Source: a virus
Strand: one strand, 5' to 3'
DNA: 64,000 nt
IMG/VR virus record: IMGVR_UViG_3300045988_179268
Span: 128,001 to 192,000 of that record
Position numbers and translations under genes: made by a program
The notes under the pieces: generated by a model
The model's database searches: none
Told to the model about the DNA's origin: nothing
What the model saw: the letters and a program-made list of their open reading frames with translations, nothing else
Shown here: positions 44,161 through 53,010 of the stretch, piece after piece
How the letters are laid out: every line of letters starts with the position of its first letter
How positions within the stretch are numbered: position 1 is the stretch's first letter

Positions 44161-44171
44161 TGTGGTATAGT
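44161..44171 (+). promoter_or_regulatory. SigA-type promoter, extended -10, bracketed by an 11-bp inverted repeat
   Basis: TGTGGTATAGT, with tttccctgtaa (44136-44146) and ttacagggaaa (44171-44181) flanking it. Confidence 0.6.
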
Positions 44172-44214
44172 TACAGGGAAATATTGTTTTAAATTGTTAT
44201 AGGTGCGATAAGTA

Positions 44215-44661
44215 ATGGCGCAGGCACTCAATGTTATACTTTTCTGGGTAGCTTACATTGTGGCATTTATTGTTCAATGTAAGTGGTACCGAAACCTTGA
44301 GCTGATTGATGAGATTAAGTCGTCAGATGGCAGGGAATACGCGGAATGGTATAGACGCGCATTACCTTGGCTTATTGGTAGCTGGGCATTAATTGCGACA
44401 GAAATGCTTTTCTTTGCACCTTCTCCATTAGGTGCATACGATGGTGTTATTACCGCCGGTGCCACCGCAATGTCCTTCATGTGGAATATCTACACATGGG
44501 GTTCTGATATGTCGGGCGACGCATCACAGTCACCTAGTGCTCATGCTTCACGTTTCTGTAGCAATCTCATGTTTGCAAGCGTTGGGGTCATGGTCATTTT
44601 TGGTGTTATATGTGCTTTGCGACTCTGTGGTTTATTAACATTTAACATCCCTACTATGTAA
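44215..44661 (+). CDS. membrane protein
   Basis: 148 aa, four helices. Confidence 0.6.
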   Translation: MAQALNVILFWVAYIVAFIVQCKWYRNLELIDEIKSSDGREYAEWYRRALPWLIGSWALIATEMLFFAPSPLGAYDGVITAGATAMSFMWNIYTWGSDMSGDASQSPSAHASRFCSNLMFASVGVMVIFGVICALRLCGLLTFNIPTM

Positions 44662-44698
44662 TTCAAATAAGAGGCGGCACACATAGCTTCCACAGCAA

Positions 44699-44741
44699 CC
44701 CCTTGTGCGTCACGAAAAGCGTTGCACAAGGGGCTGTTTTT
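44699..44741 (+). terminator. rho-independent terminator
   Basis: 10-bp stem ccccttgtgc / gcacaagggg followed by ctgttttt. Confidence 0.85.
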
Positions 44742-44751
44742 GTGCTACACT
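44741..44751 (+). promoter_or_regulatory. SigA-type promoter, extended -10
   Basis: TGTGCTACACT followed by the ATAAATGTAGTCGGG leader. Confidence 0.7.
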
Positions 44752-44825
44752 ATAAATGTAGTCGGGTGAGAACCTTGCATACCGCTACAGACAAAACACT
44801 CTACACTACCGAAAGGTTTGCCACA

Positions 44826-45404
44826 ATGTTTATTGCCAAGTCTTCCCGCCGTACCGCAGTAGCCACCGCACTGCTGGTTGCCGCATCCCTCACCGCTTGC
44901 GCCACCTCACGCACCGCCCCTGCAAACGCAGAAACCCCCACCCAGACGGTTACCGTGACCACAACCCCGACCGCAAGCCCGACCCCCACGGTAACCGCAA
45001 CCCCCAAGGTGGAACAGTACGTTGTTATCAGTGCATCCATGAGCAACCGCGCCTACACTGACGCAACCCTGCACCCCTACCGCTTTCAGCCCGGCGACAC
45101 CATGCAGGAATACGATAACGGTCGAGTCATTGAGCACTACCACGGGCTTGTAACCTCCGAAGGCGAAGCTCACACCCGCTACGACGTAACTGTCACCTAC
45201 ACTCTGCGTGGCGTTGATGGTGAAATTATCACCAAGACCGTACCGCGTGACAAGATTCGAGTCGTCACCGTAGATAAGGACTACACCCTCGCATTTGGTA
45301 CTAAGGAACAGGTAGCTAATGGTGAAGTTACCTTTGAGGTTCCCCTTAATGCTGTAAGCAACAAGGATGGCAACGCCGTAAACCTGCGAGAAGTAGCGGG
45401 ATAA
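44826..45404 (+). CDS. lipoprotein with Thr/Pro-rich linker
   Basis: 192 aa from ATG 44826 (CTACCGAAAGG leader). Signal peptide and lipobox SLTAC. TPTQTVTVTTTPTASPTPTVTATP linker. Confidence 0.7.
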   Translation: MFIAKSSRRTAVATALLVAASLTACATSRTAPANAETPTQTVTVTTTPTASPTPTVTATPKVEQYVVISASMSNRAYTDATLHPYRFQPGDTMQEYDNGRVIEHYHGLVTSEGEAHTRYDVTVTYTLRGVDGEIITKTVPRDKIRVVTVDKDYTLAFGTKEQVANGEVTFEVPLNAVSNKDGNAVNLREVAG

Positions 45405-45418
45405 GTAAACAAACTCCA

Positions 45419-45454
45419 ACCCCCTCTGATTGAGATAACTCAGCTAGAGGGGGT
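45419..45454 (+). terminator. rho-independent terminator
   Basis: 9-bp stem accccctct / agagggggt. Confidence 0.7.
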
Positions 45455-45673
45455 AAATCAGCAGTTTCAGATAATGTAGAAAAACAATGAAATTAACCTG
45501 GGAATAGCGAGTATCGTTTCGCGATTTTTGTTATTCCCAGTTACGGTTGAAGTTTATGCATGTGGATAGATGTTTGAAGCCTGCGACACAGAATAAAAGA
45601 AAATGGTTGTCACTTCTTGGTATTATTTTGCTATTATTTATAGATAATATTTTGTCGTAGGAAGGATTTTTAG

Positions 45674-46396
45674 GTGAGTGCACGTAACCCCTATCTGAAT
45701 GGTCGCATGAAGGACATTCAGGGCTTGAGTGGTGCTATCACTGAGCCACTAACCACTAGTAGTGTTATCTCCAAGACGGGCTTCTCGTTTGCGGTCTTAC
45801 TTCTTGGCGGCATTGTTGGCTGGCACACGCCCATGCTTGCTTTACCGGCGGCGCTTATTGCGTTTGTGCTTGGTCTTGTGCTTGCTTTCAAGAGTGGCGG
45901 CAACATTCCTGCCTGGGCTGTGCTGTTATACGCTGGCATTGAAGGTGTAGCTCTTGGTGCTGTGACTATGTGGGCGCAGACCCAGTATCCCGGCATCGCT
46001 GTGACGGCTGTGCTAGGAACGCTTATTGCGTTTATGACGGTGTTTGCGGCATACATGTTCGGTGCTAGGTCGAATCCGAAGCTAACGCGCATCGTCCTTA
46101 TTGGCATGGTCGCATACATTATCTATCTGTTTGCTTCTATTGTGATACAGGCGTTCACTGGTTTCAGTATCGGTAGTACCGTCGTTTTCGGTCTGCCTCT
46201 TGGCGCTATTCTTGGTGTGCTTGCCGTCGGCATGGGTGTCTACTGCCTCCTTATGGACTTTACTGAAATTGGTGAGGCTGTAGATGCTGGTGTGCCAGAT
46301 GCTTTTGGTTGGACTCTAGCGTTCGGGTTGATGCTGTCTATCATTTGGGTGTACCTAGAGATTCTGAGACTTCTAGAGTACGTCTATAAGAGGTAA
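45674..46396 (+). CDS. Bax inhibitor-1/YccA-like integral membrane protein
   Basis: 240 aa with a GTG start (GGAAGGA RBS). About 7 TM helices after an N-terminal NPYLNGR..KTGFSF segment typical of actinobacterial BI-1 family proteins. AT-rich upstream region unlike its neighbours. Confidence 0.55.
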   Translation: MSARNPYLNGRMKDIQGLSGAITEPLTTSSVISKTGFSFAVLLLGGIVGWHTPMLALPAALIAFVLGLVLAFKSGGNIPAWAVLLYAGIEGVALGAVTMWAQTQYPGIAVTAVLGTLIAFMTVFAAYMFGARSNPKLTRIVLIGMVAYIIYLFASIVIQAFTGFSIGSTVVFGLPLGAILGVLAVGMGVYCLLMDFTEIGEAVDAGVPDAFGWTLAFGLMLSIIWVYLEILRLLEYVYKR

Positions 46397-46435
46397 CGCA
46401 AGATAACCCTAACCCTATAGGTTCTCAGTAAGCAA

Positions 46436-46480
46436 AAAGCCGTCCCACCTACCTTTTAACACGGTAGGTGGGACGGCTTT
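46436..46480. terminator. bidirectional rho-independent terminator
   Basis: 18-bp perfect stem aaagccgtcccacctacc / ggtaggtgggacggcttt. Confidence 0.9.
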
Positions 46481-46502
46481 CATCATGCCTTACAGGTCTG
46501 TT

Positions 46503-46988
46503 TTATCCCGCGAAGCAGGCGATTACAGCACACAGCGCACCGAAGAACACAAGCATGAAGGATAACGTCAGCGCCGCTACAACAGCAGGTATCTGATGGA
46601 GCTTGCCGCCGCCAGGGAACTTAGGCATAGTACCATCAGGTTTCGGTACAGCACCTAACGAACAAACACCCATGACCTTAATCTCTTCTTCGTCATCAGA
46701 GACATTTACCGGCATATAGTACCCCAAGGCAACATATGAGAGTAGCATCCATAGCGCCATTGCCGCCACAGCAAATGAACCATTCAGTACCGCCGCTACA
46801 GCCGCAACCAGAAGCGCCGCCGCCCCAAGCTTATGAGCCACCGAATAGAGGTTATAATAATCATTACCCTCTGGCTGTTCACCCCTGCGAATCAGATAAT
46901 ACCTGGCAATAAAAGAAAACCCAATAACAATGAACACGCCTGCAAAAATTGAGGTGAGCATGGGCGTGGAAAACATGGGGGTAACCAT
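46503..46988 (-). CDS. membrane protein
   Basis: 161 aa, four helices, AAGGAG RBS. Candidate TATAAT -10 at 47028-47033 (minus strand). Confidence 0.6.
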   Translation of the reverse strand: MVTPMFSTPMLTSIFAGVFIVIGFSFIARYYLIRRGEQPEGNDYYNLYSVAHKLGAAALLVAAVAAVLNGSFAVAAMALWMLLSYVALGYYMPVNVSDDEEEIKVMGVCSLGAVPKPDGTMPKFPGGGKLHQIPAVVAALTLSFMLVFFGALCAVIACFAG

Positions 46989-47074
46989 TAAATCTCCTTG
47001 TATGGTTTAGGAATAACTAACGTAACCATTATATCCATGCAAGGCAATAAAATCTATGCGGTCACAGTCGTCTA

Positions 47075-47118
47075 CACATTATGCCAGGTAAACCATGTAG
47101 GCAACCTGGCATAATGTG
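47075..47118 (-). terminator. rho-independent terminator
   Basis: 15-bp perfect stem cacattatgccaggt / acctggcataatgtg, downstream of 47134..47517. Confidence 0.8.
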
Positions 47119-47133
47119 GTAATTGTTCTATGC

Positions 47134-47517
47134 TTAGAAAGCAAATTCACCTTCAAAGAAACGCTCACCGTTTACGCAATCAACGTAAAGCTCGATACCG
47201 TGAAGCCTGTTGTAGGCAAGGGAGCCTTCCACGTACTCTGCCTGCTCAGCGGTGATAGGCTCGGTTGCGGTGAAGGTTGCGGTTCGAAGGGTTGCACCCT
47301 CTACGGGGTTCTCCCACTCGTCAAGGTCGTGGGTCTGAGTTTCGATAATGGTTACGGTCATGCGCTTCATGCCGTTACCTGCATCCTCAGCCTTGTAGGA
47401 GTCAATGTAGAACTCATCGTTATCATCCCAGATGGTAGTTTCTTCGCCGCGTGCGTCAGCCTTAGTGTCGGTGACGGCAATGAGGTCGAACTTGAGGTTG
47501 AGGGTGGTGAACCCCAT
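47134..47517 (-). CDS. small very acidic protein (family 4, N-terminal TTLNLKF motif)
   Basis: 127 aa, own promoter and terminator. Confidence 0.7.
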   Translation of the reverse strand: MGFTTLNLKFDLIAVTDTKADARGEETTIWDDNDEFYIDSYKAEDAGNGMKRMTVTIIETQTHDLDEWENPVEGATLRTATFTATEPITAEQAEYVEGSLAYNRLHGIELYVDCVNGERFFEGEFAF

Positions 47518-47555
47518 GATTACACTTCCTATCTAGAAGAACTTTCTATACATAT

Positions 47556-47566
47556 AGTGTAGCACA
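47556..47566 (-). promoter_or_regulatory. SigA-type promoter, extended -10 with -35 TTGCAT
   Basis: The minus strand reads TTGCAT-N17-TACACT with AAAATCTGTGCTACACT. Confidence 0.75.
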
Positions 47567-47606
47567 GATTTTTCATATATGCAACACTGAGTTTTGAGGC
47601 AAAGAG

Positions 47607-47649
47607 AATGTGCCTGCAAGTCACCATTTCAGTAACTCACAGGCACATT
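47607..47649 (-). terminator. terminator hairpin
   Basis: 10-bp stem aatgtgcctg / caggcacatt, downstream of 47660..47983. Confidence 0.6.
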
Positions 47650-47659
47650 TGAAGCTCCC

Positions 47660-47983
47660 TTAGTCCCTATTTAGGCTGGCGCTAAAGCCGCCACCAATAA
47701 CAAGGGCAACATATGAAGCCAGGATTAGGTACTGGTCGGTATAACCCCACAAACCAAGCCACCAAGGGTAGTTGAAGAACAGAACAATAGTTCCAGCAAT
47801 GCAACCCACAGGGATAATGATGCTACTCAAAAAGTCAGACATCCAATCCCAATCCAAAGCATTGCCAATCAGATACAGAATGAATGAAGCTAAAAATGAA
47901 GCGCCAATCACAATAAGCCCCGGCAAAAACAATCCAAGGAACAGCCACTTAATAACCTCAATGGCATCAAAAACATTAATCAT
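47660..47983 (-). CDS. small membrane protein
   Basis: 107 aa from ATG 47983 (MINVFDAIEV.., AGGAAG RBS). The track start at 48034 lies inside the promoter. Confidence 0.6.
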   Translation of the reverse strand: MINVFDAIEVIKWLFLGLFLPGLIVIGASFLASFILYLIGNALDWDWMSDFLSSIIIPVGCIAGTIVLFFNYPWWLGLWGYTDQYLILASYVALVIGGGFSASLNRD

Positions 47984-48022
47984 CGCAAACTTCCTAAACA
48001 TTAAAGGGAAACTGACATCTAT

Positions 48023-48033
48023 AGTGTACCACA
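48023..48033 (-). promoter_or_regulatory. SigA-type promoter, extended -10
   Basis: The minus strand reads TGTGGTACACT. Confidence 0.7.
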
Positions 48034-48117
48034 AGATAGTTTAAGCAGGGTGCTTCGCCATAGGTTCTGTCTAACGCAGGCAATTAGAACCCACCTACCT
48101 CATCCCACGTAAAGTGG

Positions 48118-49167
48118 TTATGACTGATTCAGAATCCACTGATTATAAGAACCTCGCGGGATATGCATAACAGCTTCATCCCCCTTACTCCAGGCGTTAC
48201 GGTCAGAACAAAGCGCAGTCGAAAAGTCAGACGTGCTACGCCCAGTACAAACCTCACTGTCAGCATACCCATTCAACACATTAAACGTATGATAATGAAT
48301 AACATAAGGAGCTTCACCCTCACCCAGGTCATCCATGAAACGAACCTGCTTAGCCGTATCGCTCTGATGGTAGGAGTCATAGGTGCGCTTCACGTTATTC
48401 GAATCAACCTCCGCCCAAGAATAATTAACATCATCCAAACCTCGTTTAGACACCGTACCATCCAGCCGCATCTTAGCCGGTTCACCAACACCATATGTGC
48501 CATCTGCCTGCTTCGCAAGTTTCACGGTGTGGGTCTGCGCAACCCAGCCCGGCGGCGGGTTAGTGGTAGCCGCCGCAGATACGGGAATCAGTATCGCGGC
48601 AACTATGGCGGCGACGGCAATATTTGCGGGGATATGCCACAGCCACGTAGGTCCGTATTCAGAATCACTATCAAAAATGAAGAAGCCTGTCGCAAATAAG
48701 AATGCGAAGAAAGCAAGAATAGCCACACCCCATAGCCCCGCCACCATCAGCATCAGCAGTAGAAGAGCCACCAAAATGAAACCAGTCATAAAATACATGT
48801 TGTGAATAAACGACAGGTTCTCATACTTGCGGGTTTCAGCGGCGGACAGCTCATCCCCTATATACTTTGTAGGGTTAGCTTCATAGTCATCCCACATCTG
48901 CACGTTCTTATCCCAGATAGCTTGCTTATCTGGGTAATCCGCATCAAGGTACTCCTTATGGTACTTATGGCTACGTGTCCAAAGGCGACTCTCAGCCTTA
49001 TCCCTAGCCTCGCGAACGCGGTCAAGGGCGGCTTCAATTTCCTTAGCGTCACCACGATAACGCACCCAAAAATACAGCGACGAAACAAGCGCCACAGCAC
49101 TCAAAACCAAGAACACAATAATCGGGTACGTGTACACCCCATCAGCCACAGTCATCATCAAGACCAT
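48118..49167 (-). CDS. membrane protein, paralog family 3 (tandem member 3)
   Basis: 349 aa with AGGAGG RBS. TM helices plus a C-terminal domain with GEGEAPYVIHYHTFNV, two Cys and MHIPRGSYNQW. Confidence 0.7.
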   Translation of the reverse strand: MVLMMTVADGVYTYPIIVFLVLSAVALVSSLYFWVRYRGDAKEIEAALDRVREARDKAESRLWTRSHKYHKEYLDADYPDKQAIWDKNVQMWDDYEANPTKYIGDELSAAETRKYENLSFIHNMYFMTGFILVALLLLMLMVAGLWGVAILAFFAFLFATGFFIFDSDSEYGPTWLWHIPANIAVAAIVAAILIPVSAAATTNPPPGWVAQTHTVKLAKQADGTYGVGEPAKMRLDGTVSKRGLDDVNYSWAEVDSNNVKRTYDSYHQSDTAKQVRFMDDLGEGEAPYVIHYHTFNVLNGYADSEVCTGRSTSDFSTALCSDRNAWSKGDEAVMHIPRGSYNQWILNQS

Positions 49168-49179
49168 ACCGACTACCTC

Positions 49180-50097
49180 CTAAGAAGAAACTTTCACATA
49201 TTCGTTATAGGAACCCTCCGGGATATGGATAGTTGCTTTTGACCCAGCACCCTTGGCGTTCACAGAACAATTACTCCGGTCAGAATGATACCTAGTACAT
49301 ATTGGAGCGTTACCATCATATGATTTGGGTACCTCGAAACTAATATGATGCACCACATACGGTGCCTCACCAGGCTTCAAATCATAAACCACTTCAACAT
49401 CACCCACCCGAGTATTAACCGGGGTTTCATCCGTACTATCTAACAGGAGGTACGCCCCAAAATCAGACCTGGGCTTCCTGTACATAGTGCGAACCTCACC
49501 ATCACCAGTTCGCTCAACCCACTCATAAGCAGGGTCGCTCGCCTTCGCATATCTGCCGGAGGTCTCCACATTCACAGTACCAACTAGCGGATTCTTCACC
49601 TCACTCTCTAGCGGACTATACCCGTCACCGCGATAAAAGGTGACCACTTTAGTGCCGTCAGCACTATAGAAGAAGACCTTCGGCAAAGATGGCGCAAACA
49701 TCGTTAAGAAAACACCCAGCAGGACGGCGTTCACCGATAGAAAGATAGCCCAAGCACGTAGATTGGCGAACCCTTGAAGTTCATCACTATCATCCTTAGA
49801 TGGGGCACCATCCGCATAGATAACAGCCGCAAAGATGGCGGCAAAGGTGATACCGATAGCCGTAAGGGGAATGAGTAAGCTGTTCGACAAAATGACCGTA
49901 ACAATCATAGAAGCAAGCCCGCCAGCCAAGAAATACAGCATGGAGATAATACCGAAAAGGTCAGCTTTACCACTTGCCGCATCCACGTCCTCAATCCGCT
50001 TCACATGGAAAGACATAACCAATGCAACAACAGCACATACAGTCAGCCCAGCAATATACAATATGACGGGCCATGTAGTATCAAAATTAGGAATCAT
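49180..50097 (-). CDS. membrane protein, paralog family 3 (tandem member 2)
   Basis: 305 aa from ATG 50097 (AGAGG 6 nt upstream). KPGEAPYVVHHISFEV, CSVNAKGAGSKATIHIPEGSYNEY. Confidence 0.7.
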   Translation of the reverse strand: MIPNFDTTWPVILYIAGLTVCAVVALVMSFHVKRIEDVDAASGKADLFGIISMLYFLAGGLASMIVTVILSNSLLIPLTAIGITFAAIFAAVIYADGAPSKDDSDELQGFANLRAWAIFLSVNAVLLGVFLTMFAPSLPKVFFYSADGTKVVTFYRGDGYSPLESEVKNPLVGTVNVETSGRYAKASDPAYEWVERTGDGEVRTMYRKPRSDFGAYLLLDSTDETPVNTRVGDVEVVYDLKPGEAPYVVHHISFEVPKSYDGNAPICTRYHSDRSNCSVNAKGAGSKATIHIPEGSYNEYVKVSS

Positions 50098-50121
50098 TAA
50101 CATCCTCTACTTCACTAAACC

Positions 50122-51024
50122 TTAACTACCCACTGGGTTAGAAATGACATACTTATCACGTTCACCAGATGGAACATGAATGATGCTGACAGCACTAGCT
50201 TTACCTGCATCAAGCTCATCATGGCTACGGCTACAAAACAATGTATTCACGTTGTCCTGAACAGGGCAAAGAGTAGTACGGGCGGAAACGCCTAAATGCT
50301 CGCCCACATCAATTTTACGAACAACATACGGAGCTTCACCAGGACTCAAATCCTCAACAACCTCAACACGCCTCAACGCATCTACAGTATCGCCAGCATT
50401 AGGCATCACAATATTACCACCCTGAGTATTCTGCTCACCCCACTGATATTCAACCACCCCATCATCCTTACGGCTCTCAATAACCTTACCCACAAGAAGG
50501 TTGCGCTGAACAGAGTCATGGTAGCCGCCAGAAGCATCTTGATAATAGGTAGTTGCAGGAATCGGCTGGTTCATGAAATATGCATCCACGCCAACAGGGA
50601 CAGCAACAGAACCGAGGATGATAGCTGATAGTAAATAGTTACACTTGTCGGAACGCGACAAAAGCCCATCTTTACTTTTTGATAAGAAGAACTTAACTAC
50701 TGGGAGCAAAATAAGCACCGCAGGCATAGATAAGAGCCACATCAAAGACCCACTAAAGGCACCCAGAATATTAACCAAGAAAAGCACCGTAAAAGCCAAC
50801 GTAAACGCGACCTCAGAGTCGGCAAGCTCTCCCTTAAACTCACCCCACCAGCCAGCACCACCTTCAGCATTAGCATTGTCAGCGTTTTCAGGTGAACGTC
50901 CCTGCTGACGCTTGAGTAGGCAATATGGTGCCACCGTAGCAACTCCAGCCACCACCACAAGAAACGTAATGACAGCATAATAAATATTCATCAGTCCAAC
51001 AGGTAATAACGGATAATGGAACAT
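50122..51024 (-). CDS. membrane protein, paralog family 3 (tandem member 1)
   Basis: 300 aa. SPGEAPYVVRKIDVGE, IIHVPSGERDKY. Confidence 0.65.
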   Translation of the reverse strand: MFHYPLLPVGLMNIYYAVITFLVVVAGVATVAPYCLLKRQQGRSPENADNANAEGGAGWWGEFKGELADSEVAFTLAFTVLFLVNILGAFSGSLMWLLSMPAVLILLPVVKFFLSKSKDGLLSRSDKCNYLLSAIILGSVAVPVGVDAYFMNQPIPATTYYQDASGGYHDSVQRNLLVGKVIESRKDDGVVEYQWGEQNTQGGNIVMPNAGDTVDALRRVEVVEDLSPGEAPYVVRKIDVGEHLGVSARTTLCPVQDNVNTLFCSRSHDELDAGKASAVSIIHVPSGERDKYVISNPVGS

Positions 51025-51121
51025 GGTGGTACTTTCTTGAGATATATTACATCACCTATCAGGATACCATTATCGGCATCTCGCGCCCCTTCTAAATCTG
51101 TAGAGCCTATGAAATGTGGTG

Positions 51122-51130
51122 AGTGTAACA
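51122..51130 (-). promoter_or_regulatory. SigA-type promoter, extended -10 (operon 51024-48118)
   Basis: The minus strand reads TGTTACACT. Back-to-back with the + promoter at 51174. Confidence 0.5.
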
Positions 51131-51173
51131 GTATGACCAGCGCCCCCAGAACTCGCCCCATAAGCCGCAAATC

Positions 51174-51184
51174 TGTGCTACACT
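51174..51184 (+). promoter_or_regulatory. SigA-type promoter, extended -10
   Basis: AAATCTGTGCTACACT. It lies inside track ORF 51016. Confidence 0.7.
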
Positions 51185-51234
51185 TTAGCTATAAAGTACT
51201 TACAACATCCCACAAGAAAGGTGGGCATCATACC

Positions 51235-51507
51235 ATGTCCAATCGTGACGGCAAATACAACCACTGGCATTGGAAAGGTGGCAAGCGGTACACCTTAGAG
51301 GAAAACGAGAAACGCAAGGTGTATTACCCGTGGCGCAACGGCGAAGACCTTGCCAATATCGCTAAGGCATACAATACGACTGGCGCAGTTGATGAGGACT
51401 ATGAAGACCGCGCATCACGCCGCCACCGCCGCCCCCACCCAGAAGGGTGCGAATCCAAGTCATGCGACTCTTGCTGGGTTATCGTAATGGATAAACACCT
51501 CCTCTAA
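51235..51507 (+). CDS. small basic/His-Trp-rich hypothetical protein
   Basis: 90 aa from ATG 51235 (GAAAGGTGG RBS). MSNRDGKYNHWHWKGGKRY.., C-terminal CESKSCDSC. Confidence 0.6.
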   Translation: MSNRDGKYNHWHWKGGKRYTLEENEKRKVYYPWRNGEDLANIAKAYNTTGAVDEDYEDRASRRHRRPHPEGCESKSCDSCWVIVMDKHLL

Positions 51508-51536
51508 CATTGAGAGAGAGGGGCTGGATGCACCAA

Positions 51537-51577
51537 GGGCACTGAGTGAAAGTTACAGGTTCACCCAGTGCCCTTTT
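51537..51577 (+). terminator. rho-independent terminator
   Basis: gggcactg / cagtgccc plus inner gtgaa / ttcac, followed by tttt. Confidence 0.75.
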
Positions 51578-51702
51578 CTTGTGCCTACTTGTGAATGGCT
51601 TACGAGCATCGCCGCTACAGCCACTCACGGTATAATTAACCTTTAATCCAATTTGTGTAAAATTGTAGTTTCCTGTAGCCCATTGTTGATGCATACTCAC
51701 CT

Positions 51703-51713
51703 TGTGGTACAAT
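51703..51713 (+). promoter_or_regulatory. SigA-type promoter, extended -10 (drives tnpB)
   Basis: TGTGGTACAAT with TTGATG 16 nt upstream. The track start ATG 51712 is inside the -10. Confidence 0.65.
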
Positions 51714-51738
51714 GAGCATAAATGAAAGGAGGAACCTG

Positions 51739-53010
51739 ATGCAACTGACGGAGAGGCACCTTGTTAAGCCGAACCATGAGCTTTATGCGACCCTGGATGA
51801 CTTAACGTTCAAGGCTAAGAACCTTTACAATCATGGGCTATATCTGTACCGTCAGTCGTATTTTGAACACAAAAAGAGCCCTGATGCGCCGGTCTTAACC
51901 TGGGTGGATATTGATAAGAGCCTGCGTAAACAGGGGCACGATGATATTCGTGCTTTGCCGTCTAAAGTCGCTAATGCTGTGCTAAAAAACTTAGGCGAAA
52001 ACATCACGTCGTTTTGGAAATTAGTGCGCCTAAAAAATAGTGGTAAGCTGGCACAAAAGCCTAAGCTCCCTCATTATCTTCATAAGACTGATGGGCGTTA
52101 CGCTGTGTCTTTTAATTATCAGACTTTTGGCAATAAACGTGGCGCTAACGGGGAGCTATTCTTATGCCCAAAGGGTATTAATCTCCCCATTCCTACTAAG
52201 ATTGCTAATCCTAAGCAGGTTCGTATTGTTCCCAACCTCAATAATTTTATTATTGAGGTTATTTATGACGCGGAAGAAAGTGCGCCTAAAAGCACGTCTA
52301 AATATGCTGGTATTGATTTAGGAGTAGATAATTTTGCTACCATCACATTCTCCACCCAAAACCAACCCCTCATTATTAAGGGTCTTGAATTAAAGTCCAT
52401 CAATCAGGGCTATAACCGTCTTATCGCCAAGGCACAGTCTTTGCTTCCAGGTTCCCAGAAGACAAGTCAGTCCATCCACCGTCTTTGGTCACGTCGCTCG
52501 TGGATTCTTCGCACGAAAATCCATCAGATGACAGCGTTCCTAGCTACTCTTTTTGACGAGATGCAGATTGAAAAAGTCTTCATTGGGAAAAATACTGGCT
52601 GGAAGCAGAACCTGCCTTTCGGCAAGAAGGTTAAACAGCGATTCGCATTTCTACCTTATGAAACTTTTATTGAGCAATTGCAGTATAAATGCCAATTGCG
52701 AGGAATTACTGTCATTACCCAGGAAGAATCCTACACATCTAAGGCGAGCTTCCTAGATAATGATGATATTCCTGTTTACGGTGAGACAGAGAATCCAAAG
52801 TTTTCTGGACGCAGGATTAAGCGAGGACTTTACAAAACCAGTGATGGGCGACTAATCAATGCTGACGTTAATGGGTCATATAACATTATGCGAAAAGGAC
52901 TGATGAACAATAATCAGTCCTTACGTGTGGACAACCCATTAATTCATCCCCTTGTCGTCAAGGGAATTGGGCAGGAATCTAACGATAAGTTGGTTCAACT
53001 ATACATGTAA
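51739..53010 (+). CDS. tnpB: TnpB (IS200/IS605-family OrfB, RuvC-like RNA-guided nuclease family)
   Basis: 423 aa from ATG 51739 (AGGAGG RBS). RuvC motifs GIDLGVDNFATI, QEESYTSKASFLD and NADVNGSYNIMRKG, plus GKNTGWKQN. No CxxC zinc-finger pairs. No adjacent tnpA. Confidence 0.8.
   Translation: MQLTERHLVKPNHELYATLDDLTFKAKNLYNHGLYLYRQSYFEHKKSPDAPVLTWVDIDKSLRKQGHDDIRALPSKVANAVLKNLGENITSFWKLVRLKNSGKLAQKPKLPHYLHKTDGRYAVSFNYQTFGNKRGANGELFLCPKGINLPIPTKIANPKQVRIVPNLNNFIIEVIYDAEESAPKSTSKYAGIDLGVDNFATITFSTQNQPLIIKGLELKSINQGYNRLIAKAQSLLPGSQKTSQSIHRLWSRRSWILRTKIHQMTAFLATLFDEMQIEKVFIGKNTGWKQNLPFGKKVKQRFAFLPYETFIEQLQYKCQLRGITVITQEESYTSKASFLDNDDIPVYGETENPKFSGRRIKRGLYKTSDGRLINADVNGSYNIMRKGLMNNNQSLRVDNPLIHPLVVKGIGQESNDKLVQLYM

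Noticed and set aside
19365-49242. Other long antisense or overlapping ORFs (19365..19817 minus, 26385..26861 minus, 34429..34983 plus, 37046..37519 minus, 39196..39675 minus, 41411..41809 minus, 44907..45419 minus, 45718..46119 minus, 47116..47562 plus, 48163..48699, 48497..48805 and 48802..49242 plus, 50296..50628 plus).
   Set aside because: Each is antisense to a gene with better support from promoter, RBS, terminator, paralogy or membrane topology, and lacks its own signals.
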